Shown here: positions 7,953-17,831 of the stretch, piece after piece | Layout of the letters: each line of letters opens with the position of its first letter | Position numbering within the stretch: the first letter of the stretch is position 1 | Assembly (NCBI GenBank): GCA_041651355.1 | Contig: JBAZJK010000001.1 | Location: forward strand, 37,883-101,882 | Length of the DNA stretch: 64,000 nt | Direction: 5' to 3' | Source of the DNA: Patescibacteria group bacterium | Lineage (GTDB): Bacteria; Patescibacteriota; Patescibacteriia; Patescibacteriales; UBA12465 | Notes under the pieces: model-generated | Database searches by the model: none | What the model was told of the DNA's origin: nothing | The model's input: the letters and a program-made list of their open reading frames with translations, nothing else | Made by a program: the position numbers and the translations under genes

Positions 7953-10487
7953 ATGGGTCGCCACAAAAAAAAGAAAGAAACCAACCCGCTTGATTACGTA
8001 AATCTACCGAATCTTAGCTTAGACGAACGGGCCAAGAAGAGTATCGGCATAGTCTTTATCTTTGTCTTGGGCTTGATCAGCCTTTTGGGCTTATTTGATC
8101 TATCAGGTAAGACTGGGCAATTTTTATCTAGGTATTTAGCCCTTATTTTCGGCTATGGTAAATGGTTGGTACCCTTGGTTTTTATCTTTTGGGGCATACT
8201 CTTAAGCAAGGGAAAAAAATATCATATCCGTTTTAGTGATTATTTAGGGCTTTTTCTATTATTTATCTCCTACCAGACCATTTTCCATTTTTTCATCAAG
8301 CAGGCTAATTGGGAGTTAGCGGCTGACAGCGGGGCAGGCGGAGGATATATCGGTTTTTATCTATCACAATTTTTCGTTTATTTATTCGGTTTTTGGGGTG
8401 GTCTGATCGTCATCTTAGCTTTATTCCTGATTTCCCTGGTCCTCGTCTTTAACACCTCTCTGTCTAAAATCATCGGTCATGAAAGCTGGTTGGCCAACAT
8501 CTTCAAGCCTTTACTTGGTCTAGCGCAGTCCATGTTCAGCCGTTCAGAAGATGAAGGGGAATCTTTAGACCAAGCGCAGCTAGCTTCTATCCAAAATACC
8601 GCCCTTAATTCCTGGCAGCAAAAAGATTTACAGCCTGAGGCCGGGACGGCCGTTGATAGTAACAGTAAATCAGAAGTAGAGCCTGAACCGAGCCTGGCTC
8701 ATCGTGCCCAGCCCAAAGCCCAGGAAAAGATCGTCTGGCCCAAGAGCAAGGTAAAGATAGATTTGCCTTTAGAGTTACTGAATAATAAATTTTCTAAAGC
8801 GATTGGAGGCGATACGGCTGCTAACGCTCTGAAGATAAAAAAGACTTTAGAGAATTTTGGTATCGCGGTCGAGATGGGAGAAATAAAAGTCGGTCCCACA
8901 GTCACCCAATATGCTTTTAAACCGGCGGAGGGTATCAAATTATCCCACATCACCACTTTAAATAATGATCTTAGCTTGGCTTTAGCAGCTCATCCTTTGC
9001 GGATAGAGGCTCCGATTCCCGGTCAGTCCCTAGTAGGCATAGAGGTGCCTAATAAGGCCAAGGCGATCGTCGGCCTGAGAGAAATCTTAGAAGATAACGT
9101 CTTTAAGAATCGGAAGAATAATCTGATGGTAGCCTTAGGTAAAGATGTCGCTGGCACGGCCTGGATGTATGATATTTCTCGGATGCCCCACCTATTAGTG
9201 GCTGGGGCCACCAATTCCGGCAAATCAGTTTGCTTGAATACAATAATCGTTAGTCTCTTATACCAGAATAATCCGGATGATTTGCGCTTTATCATGGTTG
9301 ACCCTAAGCGCGGCGTCGAGCTTAATTTCTACAATGGCATCCCCCATCTTTTAACTCCGGTCATTACGGAAGTTTCCAAAACCATCAATGCTCTGAAGTG
9401 GTGTTTGAATGAGATGGAGAGGCGCTACGATCTTTTAGGCAAAGCGGCTAAGAAGAATATCCAATCATATAATGCTAGTGCCAGTGAGAAATTACCCTAT
9501 ATAATTTTCATTATCGATGAATTAGCGGATTTTATGATGACGGCTGGCAAAGACTTGGAAGCGGCTATCATCCGTTTAGCTCAGATGTCTCGCGCTATTG
9601 GCATCCATTTAATCCTAGCTACCCAAAGACCGAGCGTTAATGTTATCACTGGTTTGATCAAGGCGAATATCCCGACTCGGATTGCTTTTGCCGTCGCTTC
9701 AGCGGTTGATTCTAAGACTATCTTAGACGCTAGCGGAGCTGAGAAACTCTTGGGGCAGGGAGACATGCTCTTTAGCTGTTCAGAATTTGCCAAGCCGAAG
9801 CGGATCCAGGGCGCTTTCTTAAGTGAAGGTGAAATCGTCGAGGTGGTGAATTACATAAAAGAAAAGAGCGGTCCAGCGGAATATTTGGAAGGCGTGACTG
9901 ATCGGCAGAAAGTAGCTGGAGTCGCCGGCGTCGGCTTAGATGGGATCCACGGCGATGAAGATGAGCTGCTTTTGGAAGCGAAGTCTATAATCTTGAAGGC
10001 AGGAAAAGCTTCAACCTCTCTACTGCAAAGACGTCTGAGCATCGGCTATGGTCGGGCGGCTAAGATTCTGGATATGTTAGAAGAAGCTGGAGTCATCGGA
10101 CCGGCCAACGGCTCTAAGCCTAGAGAAATATTGATCAGTGGCTCTGATTTTGTGAGCGCCACGCCTTTACATCATCGATCAGAGACGGATGCCCCAGACA
10201 GCTATCTAGATGAGGACGAGGGCGATGATGGAACCTTAGCTTTTAGCGGCTCAGATGAAGAGGCGGAAGATATAGAAGAGGCCGAAGAGGAATTAGAGTT
10301 AGATTCGCAAGAATTAGATGAAGTAGTGGAGGATGAAGATGAAATTTTAGAGGATATTAAGGAAGATGAGCCCCAAATTGAAGCAGAAGAGCCGCTAGTA
10401 ACGCCCAAAGCACCAAAAATTGAGAAACATGCGAAAAATCTAGATCCCAAAGATGATGATGATGAGGGGATGTACTTTGCTCGGTAG
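7953..10487 (+). CDS. ftsK: DNA translocase FtsK/SpoIIIE with an unusual acidic C-terminal extension
   Basis: The protein has N-terminal TM helices, Walker A GATNSGKS, Walker B FIIDELAD, LILATQRPS, and a gamma winged-helix region (LLQRRLSIGYGRAAKILDMLEEAG). About 115 extra residues rich in D/E follow the gamma domain. Confidence 0.9.
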   Translation: MGRHKKKKETNPLDYVNLPNLSLDERAKKSIGIVFIFVLGLISLLGLFDLSGKTGQFLSRYLALIFGYGKWLVPLVFIFWGILLSKGKKYHIRFSDYLGLFLLFISYQTIFHFFIKQANWELAADSGAGGGYIGFYLSQFFVYLFGFWGGLIVILALFLISLVLVFNTSLSKIIGHESWLANIFKPLLGLAQSMFSRSEDEGESLDQAQLASIQNTALNSWQQKDLQPEAGTAVDSNSKSEVEPEPSLAHRAQPKAQEKIVWPKSKVKIDLPLELLNNKFSKAIGGDTAANALKIKKTLENFGIAVEMGEIKVGPTVTQYAFKPAEGIKLSHITTLNNDLSLALAAHPLRIEAPIPGQSLVGIEVPNKAKAIVGLREILEDNVFKNRKNNLMVALGKDVAGTAWMYDISRMPHLLVAGATNSGKSVCLNTIIVSLLYQNNPDDLRFIMVDPKRGVELNFYNGIPHLLTPVITEVSKTINALKWCLNEMERRYDLLGKAAKKNIQSYNASASEKLPYIIFIIDELADFMMTAGKDLEAAIIRLAQMSRAIGIHLILATQRPSVNVITGLIKANIPTRIAFAVASAVDSKTILDASGAEKLLGQGDMLFSCSEFAKPKRIQGAFLSEGEIVEVVNYIKEKSGPAEYLEGVTDRQKVAGVAGVGLDGIHGDEDELLLEAKSIILKAGKASTSLLQRRLSIGYGRAAKILDMLEEAGVIGPANGSKPREILISGSDFVSATPLHHRSETDAPDSYLDEDEGDDGTLAFSGSDEEAEDIEEAEEELELDSQELDEVVEDEDEILEDIKEDEPQIEAEEPLVTPKAPKIEKHAKNLDPKDDDDEGMYFAR

Positions 10488-10520
10488 ATTTAATTTAATA
10501 TTAGCTATAAATTACTTAAA

Positions 10521-10546
10521 ATCACTGTTGTCGTCAGTGATTTTTA
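10521..10546 (+). terminator. Rho-independent terminator after ftsK
   Basis: Stem atcactg / cagtgat with a 7-nt loop, followed by a T-run. Confidence 0.5.
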
Positions 10547-10553
10547 GTTGATA

Positions 10554-10582
10554 TTGACAAAATTATTAAAATGTAGTATTAT
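10554..10582 (+). promoter_or_regulatory. Sigma70-like promoter for the 10669 gene
   Basis: TTGACA (10554-10559), a 17-nt spacer, then TATTAT (10577-10582). The same TTGACAA...TATTAT architecture occurs at 14190. Confidence 0.4.
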
Positions 10583-10668
10583 ATAAGCATATTTATGGCT
10601 AATATTGTAGCCTTAAATGTTTCTTTGACAATTAAATCATTAATAATAAAAACCAAAAACAGTAAACC

Positions 10669-12675
10669 ATGAAAAATCTTGTAATTGTATTATTTACTTT
10701 GTTGATTTCAGTCAATTTTGGCTTCGGTCAAGTGAATGTCCAGTTCTCTCAAAATAACCAGTTTGAGGCCTGGAACGATTCGGTATTTAACAGCGATGGG
10801 TATTATTGCAATACTAACCTGTTAGCTTACCATGATTTCTCCCTCGCCAATGGCGATAGTATCACTAAGTGGGTGTGGATCTTTGAAGGTGCCACTAATT
10901 ATGACACGTTGGAAATGACCCCAAACAATTATCAGATGCATATCTGGGTGTATTATCCTAATATCCCGGGTAGCTACCAAACCACTTTAACGGTTTATGC
11001 ATTTAATTCCGCTAACGTGGAATATTTTTCTTCAGTGACTGTAACGGTTCATATCGGGCTTGCTAGTATATTTGGTGGCGACTATTATGAAGTTACTCCT
11101 GATGACTCTGTTACTCTTAGTTCCTATTCTTCATCTGGCCCCGGTCATTTTATCTGGTCTAAAGATGGAGTATTCATTCAGGAAAGCTTCAATTCTAACA
11201 GTAGCTACTTGACGGTCAACGAGGTTGGGGAATACATGGTAACCTATATTAACGATCAATCGGGTTGTGAAACTTTCGATTTTAATTATGTTGATTGGGT
11301 TTGGCCTGGGTCAGTTTGCGCCATGTTTGGCACTGACGACAGCCTATCTCTTGGCGGCGGATATTTCTGCAACCAAGCCTCTATCACCTTTTATGACTTG
11401 TCGAGCGTTTACTCGACCGCCCAACTCTATCATTGGACTTGGCGGGTTAAAACAGGCGATGGCAATACGGTTTTACAAGAGATTGTTTTCAACCAGGCTA
11501 ATTATCAGCCTTCGATTACGATCCAGTTCGCTGACAGCACAGCCTACTACCGCGTAGAGTTAGCTGTATCGAGTTACTCTCCTGGTACCTCAACGCTTAA
11601 CGTCGGCTTACACTTAGGATTCTCTGACGTATCCGCTAGCCCTGATGTTACTATCGCCCCTGGCGATTCCGTAACTTTATCTGCCTATACCAATTATGGA
11701 CCGGGGAATTTTCTCTGGTACAAGGATGGTTTTTTAGGTTTTACCAGCAACGCCAATGTTAGCTATTTATCGGTAGCTGATTCGGGAATGTATCTGGTAA
11801 ATTACCATGGTAACGGTTGCGAGTCTTGGGATTCGGTGATGGTTAAGTGGGCCGATCCTATGCCAGCTCCGGTAGCTAGCTTCTCGGTTAATAGCCCAAA
11901 CTATGCTCCGGTGGCCTATTTCTGTAATACGATCCAGGTCTACTGTTACAACCATTCTATTTGCAGTAATATTACCAAATCAGTCTGGGTAATTACTCAG
12001 CAAAACCAGACCAGCTCCATCACTTTAACCGGCCCCAATGCTCTTGATTACATAACCGTGAATCTGATTCCTGGGAATGACCATGTCGACTTGGTTAAAC
12101 TGTTCGTCTATAGTTTTGACGGTAATTATAATGTCGAATTGGTTGATTCAATTGAAACTCAACTAGTAATGGGCTTCTCTGATATCGTAGTATCAGATCC
12201 GGTCGTTGAACTGACAGCCGGTTCAACGGCTAGCCTGCATGCTTATACCACCTTCGGACCGGGGACTTTCATCTGGACAAATCAGAGTGGAGATACCCTG
12301 GCGGTTACAAGTAACGCCATTCAAAGCAACCTGCTTGTTTCCGACACCGGAGTTTATTGGGTAAAGTTCGTTAATGTTTTGGGAAATTGCGAAAATATCG
12401 CTTCTATAAAAGTGATTTATGCCATTACCACCAATTTATCCGAACTGACCCACGCTAACACCCAGGTTTATCCCAACCCGACATTTGAGAGATTCACAGT
12501 GGATAATTTCTCTGGGAAGGTAGAGATTTTTTCTGCCACTGGACAGCTGATTTTCAGCCAGACAGTGTCTGAAAAAACAAGTATCTTATGCCAGGACTGG
12601 AAACCTGGTTTCTATTTCATCCGTCTCAAAACTCTTTCCGGTGAGACCGAAACGGTCAAACTGGTAAAGCAGTAA
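10669..12675 (+). CDS. Secreted repeat protein: signal peptide, 3x (PKD-like + Ig-like) modules, and a T9SS type-A (Por) C-terminal sorting domain
   Basis: The N-terminal signal is MKNLVIVLFTLLISVNFGFGQ. Three repeats have the form S(V/A)TLSxYxxxGPGxF(I/L)WxKDG...S(Y/N)L(T/S/L)V...G(E/M/V)Y(M/L/W)V...G(C)E. The C-terminus is VYPNPTFERFTV...GKVEIFSATGQLIF...KPGFYFIRLKTLSGETETVKLVKQ. Confidence 0.8.
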   Translation: MKNLVIVLFTLLISVNFGFGQVNVQFSQNNQFEAWNDSVFNSDGYYCNTNLLAYHDFSLANGDSITKWVWIFEGATNYDTLEMTPNNYQMHIWVYYPNIPGSYQTTLTVYAFNSANVEYFSSVTVTVHIGLASIFGGDYYEVTPDDSVTLSSYSSSGPGHFIWSKDGVFIQESFNSNSSYLTVNEVGEYMVTYINDQSGCETFDFNYVDWVWPGSVCAMFGTDDSLSLGGGYFCNQASITFYDLSSVYSTAQLYHWTWRVKTGDGNTVLQEIVFNQANYQPSITIQFADSTAYYRVELAVSSYSPGTSTLNVGLHLGFSDVSASPDVTIAPGDSVTLSAYTNYGPGNFLWYKDGFLGFTSNANVSYLSVADSGMYLVNYHGNGCESWDSVMVKWADPMPAPVASFSVNSPNYAPVAYFCNTIQVYCYNHSICSNITKSVWVITQQNQTSSITLTGPNALDYITVNLIPGNDHVDLVKLFVYSFDGNYNVELVDSIETQLVMGFSDIVVSDPVVELTAGSTASLHAYTTFGPGTFIWTNQSGDTLAVTSNAIQSNLLVSDTGVYWVKFVNVLGNCENIASIKVIYAITTNLSELTHANTQVYPNPTFERFTVDNFSGKVEIFSATGQLIFSQTVSEKTSILCQDWKPGFYFIRLKTLSGETETVKLVKQ

Positions 12676-12698
12676 ATAGCACATTGTAAAATGATCAG

Positions 12699-12732
12699 GA
12701 CCCTCGGACTCAAGTTTCGAGGGTCTTTTTTT
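12699..12732 (+). terminator. Rho-independent terminator
   Basis: Stem GACCCTCG (12699-12706) / CGAGGGTC (12718-12725), followed by T7. Confidence 0.7.
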
Positions 12733-12762
12733 ATTATCAGGAATCACTTATAATGGATTTAT

Positions 12763-14181
12763 ATGTTGGCACAGATCAAGAAAATAATTCCGCTCCGCTT
12801 ATTTAAAATTCTCCAACCGCCCTATCATTACCTGATGAATCTAGCGGCGGCTTTAACGTATAGATTTCCTTCCCAGAAATTGATCGTTATCGGCATTACC
12901 GGCACGACTGGCAAAACTTCTACGGTTTATCTGGCTGCTAAAGCCTTAGAAGCCAATGGATATCGGGTTGGCTATAGTTCGACCGCGCAGTTCAGTGACG
13001 GCCGGAAAGAGTGGTTGAATGACAAGAAGATGACAATGGTCGGGCGCTTTTTTACGCAAAGACTATTACGGGAGATGTTAAAAAATTCTTGCCAATACGC
13101 GATTATCGAAACGACCTCGGAAGGCATTAAGCAGTTCCGCCACCGTTTCATTAATTACGACATCCTGTTATTTACTGGCTTATACCCTGAGCACATCGAG
13201 TCCCACGGCAGCTTTGAAAAATATAAAGCAGCTAAGAGTGACTTGTTCAAGCATCTAAAGAATTGCCGGACTAAATATGTTAATGACAAGAAGCTTGTCT
13301 GCCGTCCGAAGAGCGAGCTAAAAAAGCTCGACCTGGAACGTGTTAAAAAAACCATTATCGTTAATGGTGATGATGACCACGCTGCCCATTTCTTGTCTTT
13401 TTGGAGCGAAAATAAGTTTATCTATAGTTCGAGCTTGGCTGATCGGAGCGAAGCGGCAAAATATTTCCGTTTAGATCCCCTAGCTAAAGATTGGCATTTT
13501 TTAGGCTATCATAGCGTGAGGGCCAGTGCTGATGGTACTGAATGCATTATTGACGGGCAGGGCGTCCAACTTTCTCTGCTTGGTGATTTTAACGCTCAGA
13601 ATGCCACCGCTGCCTACGCGGTTACTGTTAGCCAGAATCTAAAGGCTGATTTGAGTCTGCGAGCCCTGGAGAGCGTTAAAAGCCTAGCAGGGAAATTAGA
13701 GAAGATTGATCTCGGTCAAAATTTTTCCGTGATTGTCGATTACGCCTTTGAACCTAGAGCTTTAGAAAAAGTTTATCAGGCTATTTATCTGTTAGAACCC
13801 CAACGCATCATCCATGTTCTAGGTTCAACCGGAGGCGGGCGCGATGTCGCGCGGAGGCCGGAACTGGGCAGGATAGCCGGAGAAAGGGCAGATTGCGTGA
13901 TCGTCACTAACGAGGACCCCTATGACGATAATCCACAATTAATCATTGAGCAGGTAGCTCTAGGCGCGGAAAGAGCTGGGAAAGAACTGGATAAGGATCT
14001 TTTTAAGGTTCTAGATCGCCGTTTGGCCATCAGGCAGGCCCTAAGCCTGGCTCAAGAGGGTGATTTAGTCTTAATCAGCGGCAAAGGCGCCGAACAATAT
14101 ATATGTGTCGCTGGCGGCGAGAAAGTCCCTTGGGATGACCGGAGGGTAGCCAGGGAAGAGTTGACAGCCCTTTGTGGATAA
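12763..14181 (+). CDS. murE: Mur ligase family protein, MurE-like (UDP-MurNAc-L-Ala-D-Glu:diamino-acid ligase)
   Basis: P-loop GITGTTGKTST, then ETTSEGIKQFRH...LFTGLYPEHIESHG, and a C-terminal TNEDPYDDNP (compare MurE DNPR). The N-terminal domain is short. It is not adjacent to other mur genes. Confidence 0.65.
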   Translation: MLAQIKKIIPLRLFKILQPPYHYLMNLAAALTYRFPSQKLIVIGITGTTGKTSTVYLAAKALEANGYRVGYSSTAQFSDGRKEWLNDKKMTMVGRFFTQRLLREMLKNSCQYAIIETTSEGIKQFRHRFINYDILLFTGLYPEHIESHGSFEKYKAAKSDLFKHLKNCRTKYVNDKKLVCRPKSELKKLDLERVKKTIIVNGDDDHAAHFLSFWSENKFIYSSSLADRSEAAKYFRLDPLAKDWHFLGYHSVRASADGTECIIDGQGVQLSLLGDFNAQNATAAYAVTVSQNLKADLSLRALESVKSLAGKLEKIDLGQNFSVIVDYAFEPRALEKVYQAIYLLEPQRIIHVLGSTGGGRDVARRPELGRIAGERADCVIVTNEDPYDDNPQLIIEQVALGAERAGKELDKDLFKVLDRRLAIRQALSLAQEGDLVLISGKGAEQYICVAGGEKVPWDDRRVAREELTALCG

Positions 14182-14189
14182 AATGTGTG

Positions 14190-14218
14190 TTGACAAGCCT
14201 CAAATAATATAATATTAT
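14190..14218 (+). promoter_or_regulatory. Sigma70-like promoter in the long leader upstream of rpoB
   Basis: TTGACA (14190-14195), a 17-nt spacer, then TATTAT (14213-14218), about 260 nt upstream of the rpoB ATG. Confidence 0.35.
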
Positions 14219-14477
14219 TACTTAGACAACTATTATTAAGTAAAAAATGGATAAAGCGGTGATAAAAGCTTAATTTTTTTGTATTATAGCTATTCCGTTT
14301 TTTTTGTTATATTAGTGAAATATTCTTTTTTAAATCTTTATTTTAAAAAAGTGGGCGCCAACAACTCAAATTAACTTAATATCTTTATTTTAACTCAACC
14401 ATCAGGATTGAGATTTTTTGTTTATATAAATTTGTCGGTCTAAAAATTTTAGTCTTGCCAATTTTTAATCTAAATTT

Positions 14478-17400
14478 ATGTCCAAGCTCAAACATGAAGG
14501 CCATAAAACCGAGGCTCGCCGTTTCTTCAAGGATTTTCAAGAAGTCACGGAAATGCCGGAGCTAATCGAGATTCAGAAAGATTCTTATCATTGGTTTTTA
14601 AAGGAAGGCTTGATGGAATTATTCGATGAGATTAATCCGGTGACCGATTTCATCGGTCGTGACTTAGAATTATATTTTGAAGACTATTATCTGGATGAGC
14701 CTAAATTTACCGAAGTGGAAAGCCGGGAAAAAAATATTACCTATGAAGCGCCCCTTAGGGTCAAGACTCGTCTTTTGAATAAGAAGACCGGAGTCGCTAA
14801 TAGCCAGGAGGTTTATTTGGGAGATTTTCCCTTGATGACCGATAAGGGTACTTTCGTTATCAACGGTATCGAGAGAGTGGTTGTCTCACAGTTGATCCGT
14901 TCCGCCGGTGTCATGTTCACGGCTGAATTTGTGAAAGGCAAGAAATGCTATGGTGCTAAGATTATCCCTAACCGCGGCGCCTGGTTAGAAATAGAAACAG
15001 ATTCAAACAAGGTGATTTGGGTAAGGATAGACCGTAAGCGTAAAGTCGCTGTTACTTCATTATTACGCGCTTTTGGTTATGCTGATGATGAGTCGATTCG
15101 CGCTCTATTCAAGGATGTCGATCTAGTAAAAAATAAGGATGAAGAGACATATATCGATGCGACGATTGCTAAAGATGCGGCTAAGGATGAAGCTGAAGGA
15201 TTGCAGGAGGTCTATAAGCGTATTCGTCCAGGAGATTTAGCCTCAGTTGAAAACGCCCGCCAATTGATCTATTCCATGTTTTTCCGCTTTGACCGCTATG
15301 ACTTTGGCCGGGTCGGCCGCTATAAGCTGAACCGTCGTTTCGGTTTGGATTTAGCCAACAAGAAAGAGAACCGCGTTTTACGTAAAGAAGATCTAGTTTT
15401 GATCGTTAAAGAGGTTATCCGTTTAAATATTACTAAAGAACCGGAGGATGATATTGATCATTTAGGTAATCGTCGTGTCCGGGCGATCGGCGGTCTAATC
15501 CAGAATCGTTTCCGCGTCGGTTTAGCCAGAATGGAGCGCATCATCAAGGATCGCATGAGTACTAGCGATATCGCTACCTTATCTCCCGCTAAGTTAATCA
15601 ATGCTCGTCCGGTTATCGGAGTGGTCAAAGAGTTTTTCATGTCTTCCCAATTATCGCAGTTCATGGATCAGACTAACCCTTTAGCCGAGCTCGAACATAA
15701 GCGTCGTCTATCAGCTATGGGTCCAGGCGGCTTAGCCAGGGAAAGGGCTGGTTTCGATGTTCGCGATGTGCATTCTACCCATTATGGCCGTATCTGTCCG
15801 ATCGCTACTCCTGAAGGCCCGAATATCGGCTTAGTCGGCCACTTGGCCAGTTTTGCCCGTTTAAATAGTTATGGATTTTTAGAAGCTCCATACCGCAAAG
15901 TCTTGCACGAGAAAAATGGCAGCCGTCTGAGCGATGAGGTTGTCTATCTCGATGCTTTTGAAGAAGAAAAATATATCACGGCCGATGCTACCATCCCAAC
16001 CGATGAGAATGGCCGCTTTTTAGTGAATAAATATGAGGTTAGAAAATATGGTCAACCTTCAGTCGATGAGGTGAGAAAAATAGATTTAGTCGGCGTAGCC
16101 GCTAATCAGATTATTTCTATCGCCACTAGCTTGATTCCTTTCATGGAACATAACGACGGCCAGCGTTCTTTAATGGGCACGAACATGCAACGTCAGGCTG
16201 TGCCTTTAATCAAAAGCGAGGCTCCGATTGTCGGCACAGGTGTTGAGGCTAGAGCGGCTCGTGATAGTGGCCATGTCGTTATTTCCAAAGAAGATGGTGA
16301 AGTTACTAGGGCGGATTCGGCGGTAATCGAAGTTAGTAACAAGAAGGGACAAACCACTAAATATGTTTTGAATAAATTTTTACGTTCCAACTCTTCCACC
16401 TGTATCAATCAACATCCGATTGTAGAATGCGGCGATAAGGTCAAGGCCGGCCAGGTTTTAAGCGACGGCCCTGCGATTGATAATGGGGAATTGTCTCTGG
16501 GCCGTAATGTTTTAGTTGCTTTCATGACCTGGGAAGGCTTTAACTATGAGGATGCGGTGATTATTTCAGAAAGATTAGTTAAAGAGGATATCTATTCCTC
16601 TATCCATATTGAAAATTATTCGATCGATGTTCGTGATACTAAACTTGGTCCCGAAGTTATCACTAACGATATTCCTAATATCAGTGAGGAAAAACTTAAG
16701 AATTTAGATGAAGACGGTATTATTCGTATCGGTGCTGAAGTGTCATCTGGCGATATCTTGGTTGGAAAGATCACTCCTAAAGGTGAAACCACTTTGTCGG
16801 CTGAAGAGAAATTGTTGCGCGCCATCTTTGGTGAAAAAGCCAAGGATGTTCGTGATTCTTCTTTATATCTAGAACACGGCGAACATGGTAAAGTAGTCGA
16901 TGTAAAAATCTTCTCTCGGGAGGAAGGCGACAAGTTGTCGGCTGGTGTCTTGCAATCCATCCAAGTCTCGGTAGCTAATTTGCGCAAGATCCAAGTGGGC
17001 GATAAGATGTCAGGCCGTCACGGTAACAAGGGTGTTATTTCTAAAGTCGTACCAGCCGAGGATATGCCTTATATGGCTGACGGTACGCCAATCGATATTA
17101 TTTTATCACCTTTAGGTATTATTTCCCGTATGAACCTGGGCCAGTTGTTAGAAACTCATTTAGGTTTTGCGGCCAAAAAGCTTGGCTATCGCGTAGCTAC
17201 TCCAGCCTTAAACGGTATCAGTGAAGATCAGATCAAAGAGGAGCTTAAGAAAGCCGGCTTACCTGAAGATGGTAAAGTCACCTTATATAATGGTAAGACT
17301 GGTGAAGCCTACGATCATAAGATTACGGTTGGTTATAAGTATGTTTTGAAACTGAACCATATGGTCGAAGATAAGATCCATCAGCGCTCTATCGGTCCTT

Positions 17401-17804
17401 ATTCCTTGATTACCCAACAGCCTTTAGGCGGTAAGGCCCAATTCGGAGGTCAGCGTTTCGGAGAAATGGAAGTGTGGGCCCTTGAAGGTTATGGCGCCGC
17501 TCATACTCTGCAGGAGATCTTAACCATTAAGTCTGATGATGTTACTGGCCGTAGTAAAGCCTATGAGTCCATCATTAAGGGTGAAACTATCGAAAAACTC
17601 AATGTCCCGGAATCATTCAATGTCTTAATCAGGGAGCTTAAGGGTTTATGCTTGGATGTTGAATTGCTAGGGGGAAGTCCGATGCCCGAGCCGAGCCGGG
17701 AAGATCTTGAGGCCGATCTCCCAAGAAAGAAAGATGATAAATATGATTATGACAAGCCGGAGATAATCGCGGCTGAAGATAAATCTAGCGATAGCATGGA
17801 TTAA
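14478..17804 (+). CDS. rpoB: DNA-directed RNA polymerase beta subunit
   Basis: Canonical RpoB motifs are present throughout, for example [21 protein letters not shown] and [20 protein letters not shown]. Confidence 0.97.
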   Translation: MSKLKHEGHKTEARRFFKDFQEVTEMPELIEIQKDSYHWFLKEGLMELFDEINPVTDFIGRDLELYFEDYYLDEPKFTEVESREKNITYEAPLRVKTRLLNKKTGVANSQEVYLGDFPLMTDKGTFVINGIERVVVSQLIRSAGVMFTAEFVKGKKCYGAKIIPNRGAWLEIETDSNKVIWVRIDRKRKVAVTSLLRAFGYADDESIRALFKDVDLVKNKDEETYIDATIAKDAAKDEAEGLQEVYKRIRPGDLASVENARQLIYSMFFRFDRYDFGRVGRYKLNRRFGLDLANKKENRVLRKEDLVLIVKEVIRLNITKEPEDDIDHLGNRRVRAIGGLIQNRFRVGLARMERIIKDRMSTSDIATLSPAKLINARPVIGVVKEFFMSSQLSQFMDQTNPLAELEHKRRLSAMGPGGLARERAGFDVRDVHSTHYGRICPIATPEGPNIGLVGHLASFARLNSYGFLEAPYRKVLHEKNGSRLSDEVVYLDAFEEEKYITADATIPTDENGRFLVNKYEVRKYGQPSVDEVRKIDLVGVAANQIISIATSLIPFMEHNDGQRSLMGTNMQRQAVPLIKSEAPIVGTGVEARAARDSGHVVISKEDGEVTRADSAVIEVSNKKGQTTKYVLNKFLRSNSSTCINQHPIVECGDKVKAGQVLSDGPAIDNGELSLGRNVLVAFMTWEGFNYEDAVIISERLVKEDIYSSIHIENYSIDVRDTKLGPEVITNDIPNISEEKLKNLDEDGIIRIGAEVSSGDILVGKITPKGETTLSAEEKLLRAIFGEKAKDVRDSSLYLEHGEHGKVVDVKIFSREEGDKLSAGVLQSIQVSVANLRKIQVGDKMSGRHGNKGVISKVVPAEDMPYMADGTPIDIILSPLGIISRMNLGQLLETHLGFAAKKLGYRVATPALNGISEDQIKEELKKAGLPEDGKVTLYNGKTGEAYDHKITVGYKYVLKLNHMVEDKIHQRSIGPYSLITQQPLGGKAQFGGQRFGEMEVWALEGYGAAHTLQEILTIKSDDVTGRSKAYESIIKGETIEKLNVPESFNVLIRELKGLCLDVELLGGSPMPEPSREDLEADLPRKKDDKYDYDKPEIIAAEDKSSDSMD

Positions 17805-17831
17805 ATTTAATTGATAATTAAACTCATATAT

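Noticed and set aside
10202-10450. An 82-aa Ser-rich minus-strand ORF.
   Set aside because: It is the reverse-complement artefact of the GAA/GAT-rich acidic tail of ftsK.
11267-11557. A 96-aa plus-strand ORF in an alternative frame inside the T9SS-tagged gene.
   Set aside because: It is fully nested in a 668-aa ORF with clear domain structure and has no start context or motifs.
14394-14419. A 5-bp hairpin (ctcaa/ttgag) plus T-run in the rpoB leader, considered as an attenuator.
   Set aside because: The stem is too short and the loop too large (9 nt) for confidence. It is mentioned only under the leader finding.
16616-16987. A 123-aa minus-strand ORF inside rpoB. Comparable antisense ORFs lie inside rpoC, ftsK, leuS (43025..43408), aspS (53824..54267) and the 59779 gene (60471..60863, 60814..61176).
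   Set aside because: These are antisense to highly conserved or clearly coding genes and have no recognisable domains. They are shadow ORFs.
17811-17831. Non-ATG upstream starts offered by the track: TTG 17811 for rpoC, TTG 25736 for the GT2 gene and GTG 26470 for the TMTC-like gene.
   Set aside because: In each case a downstream ATG gives the conserved N-terminus and removes an overlap with the preceding gene.
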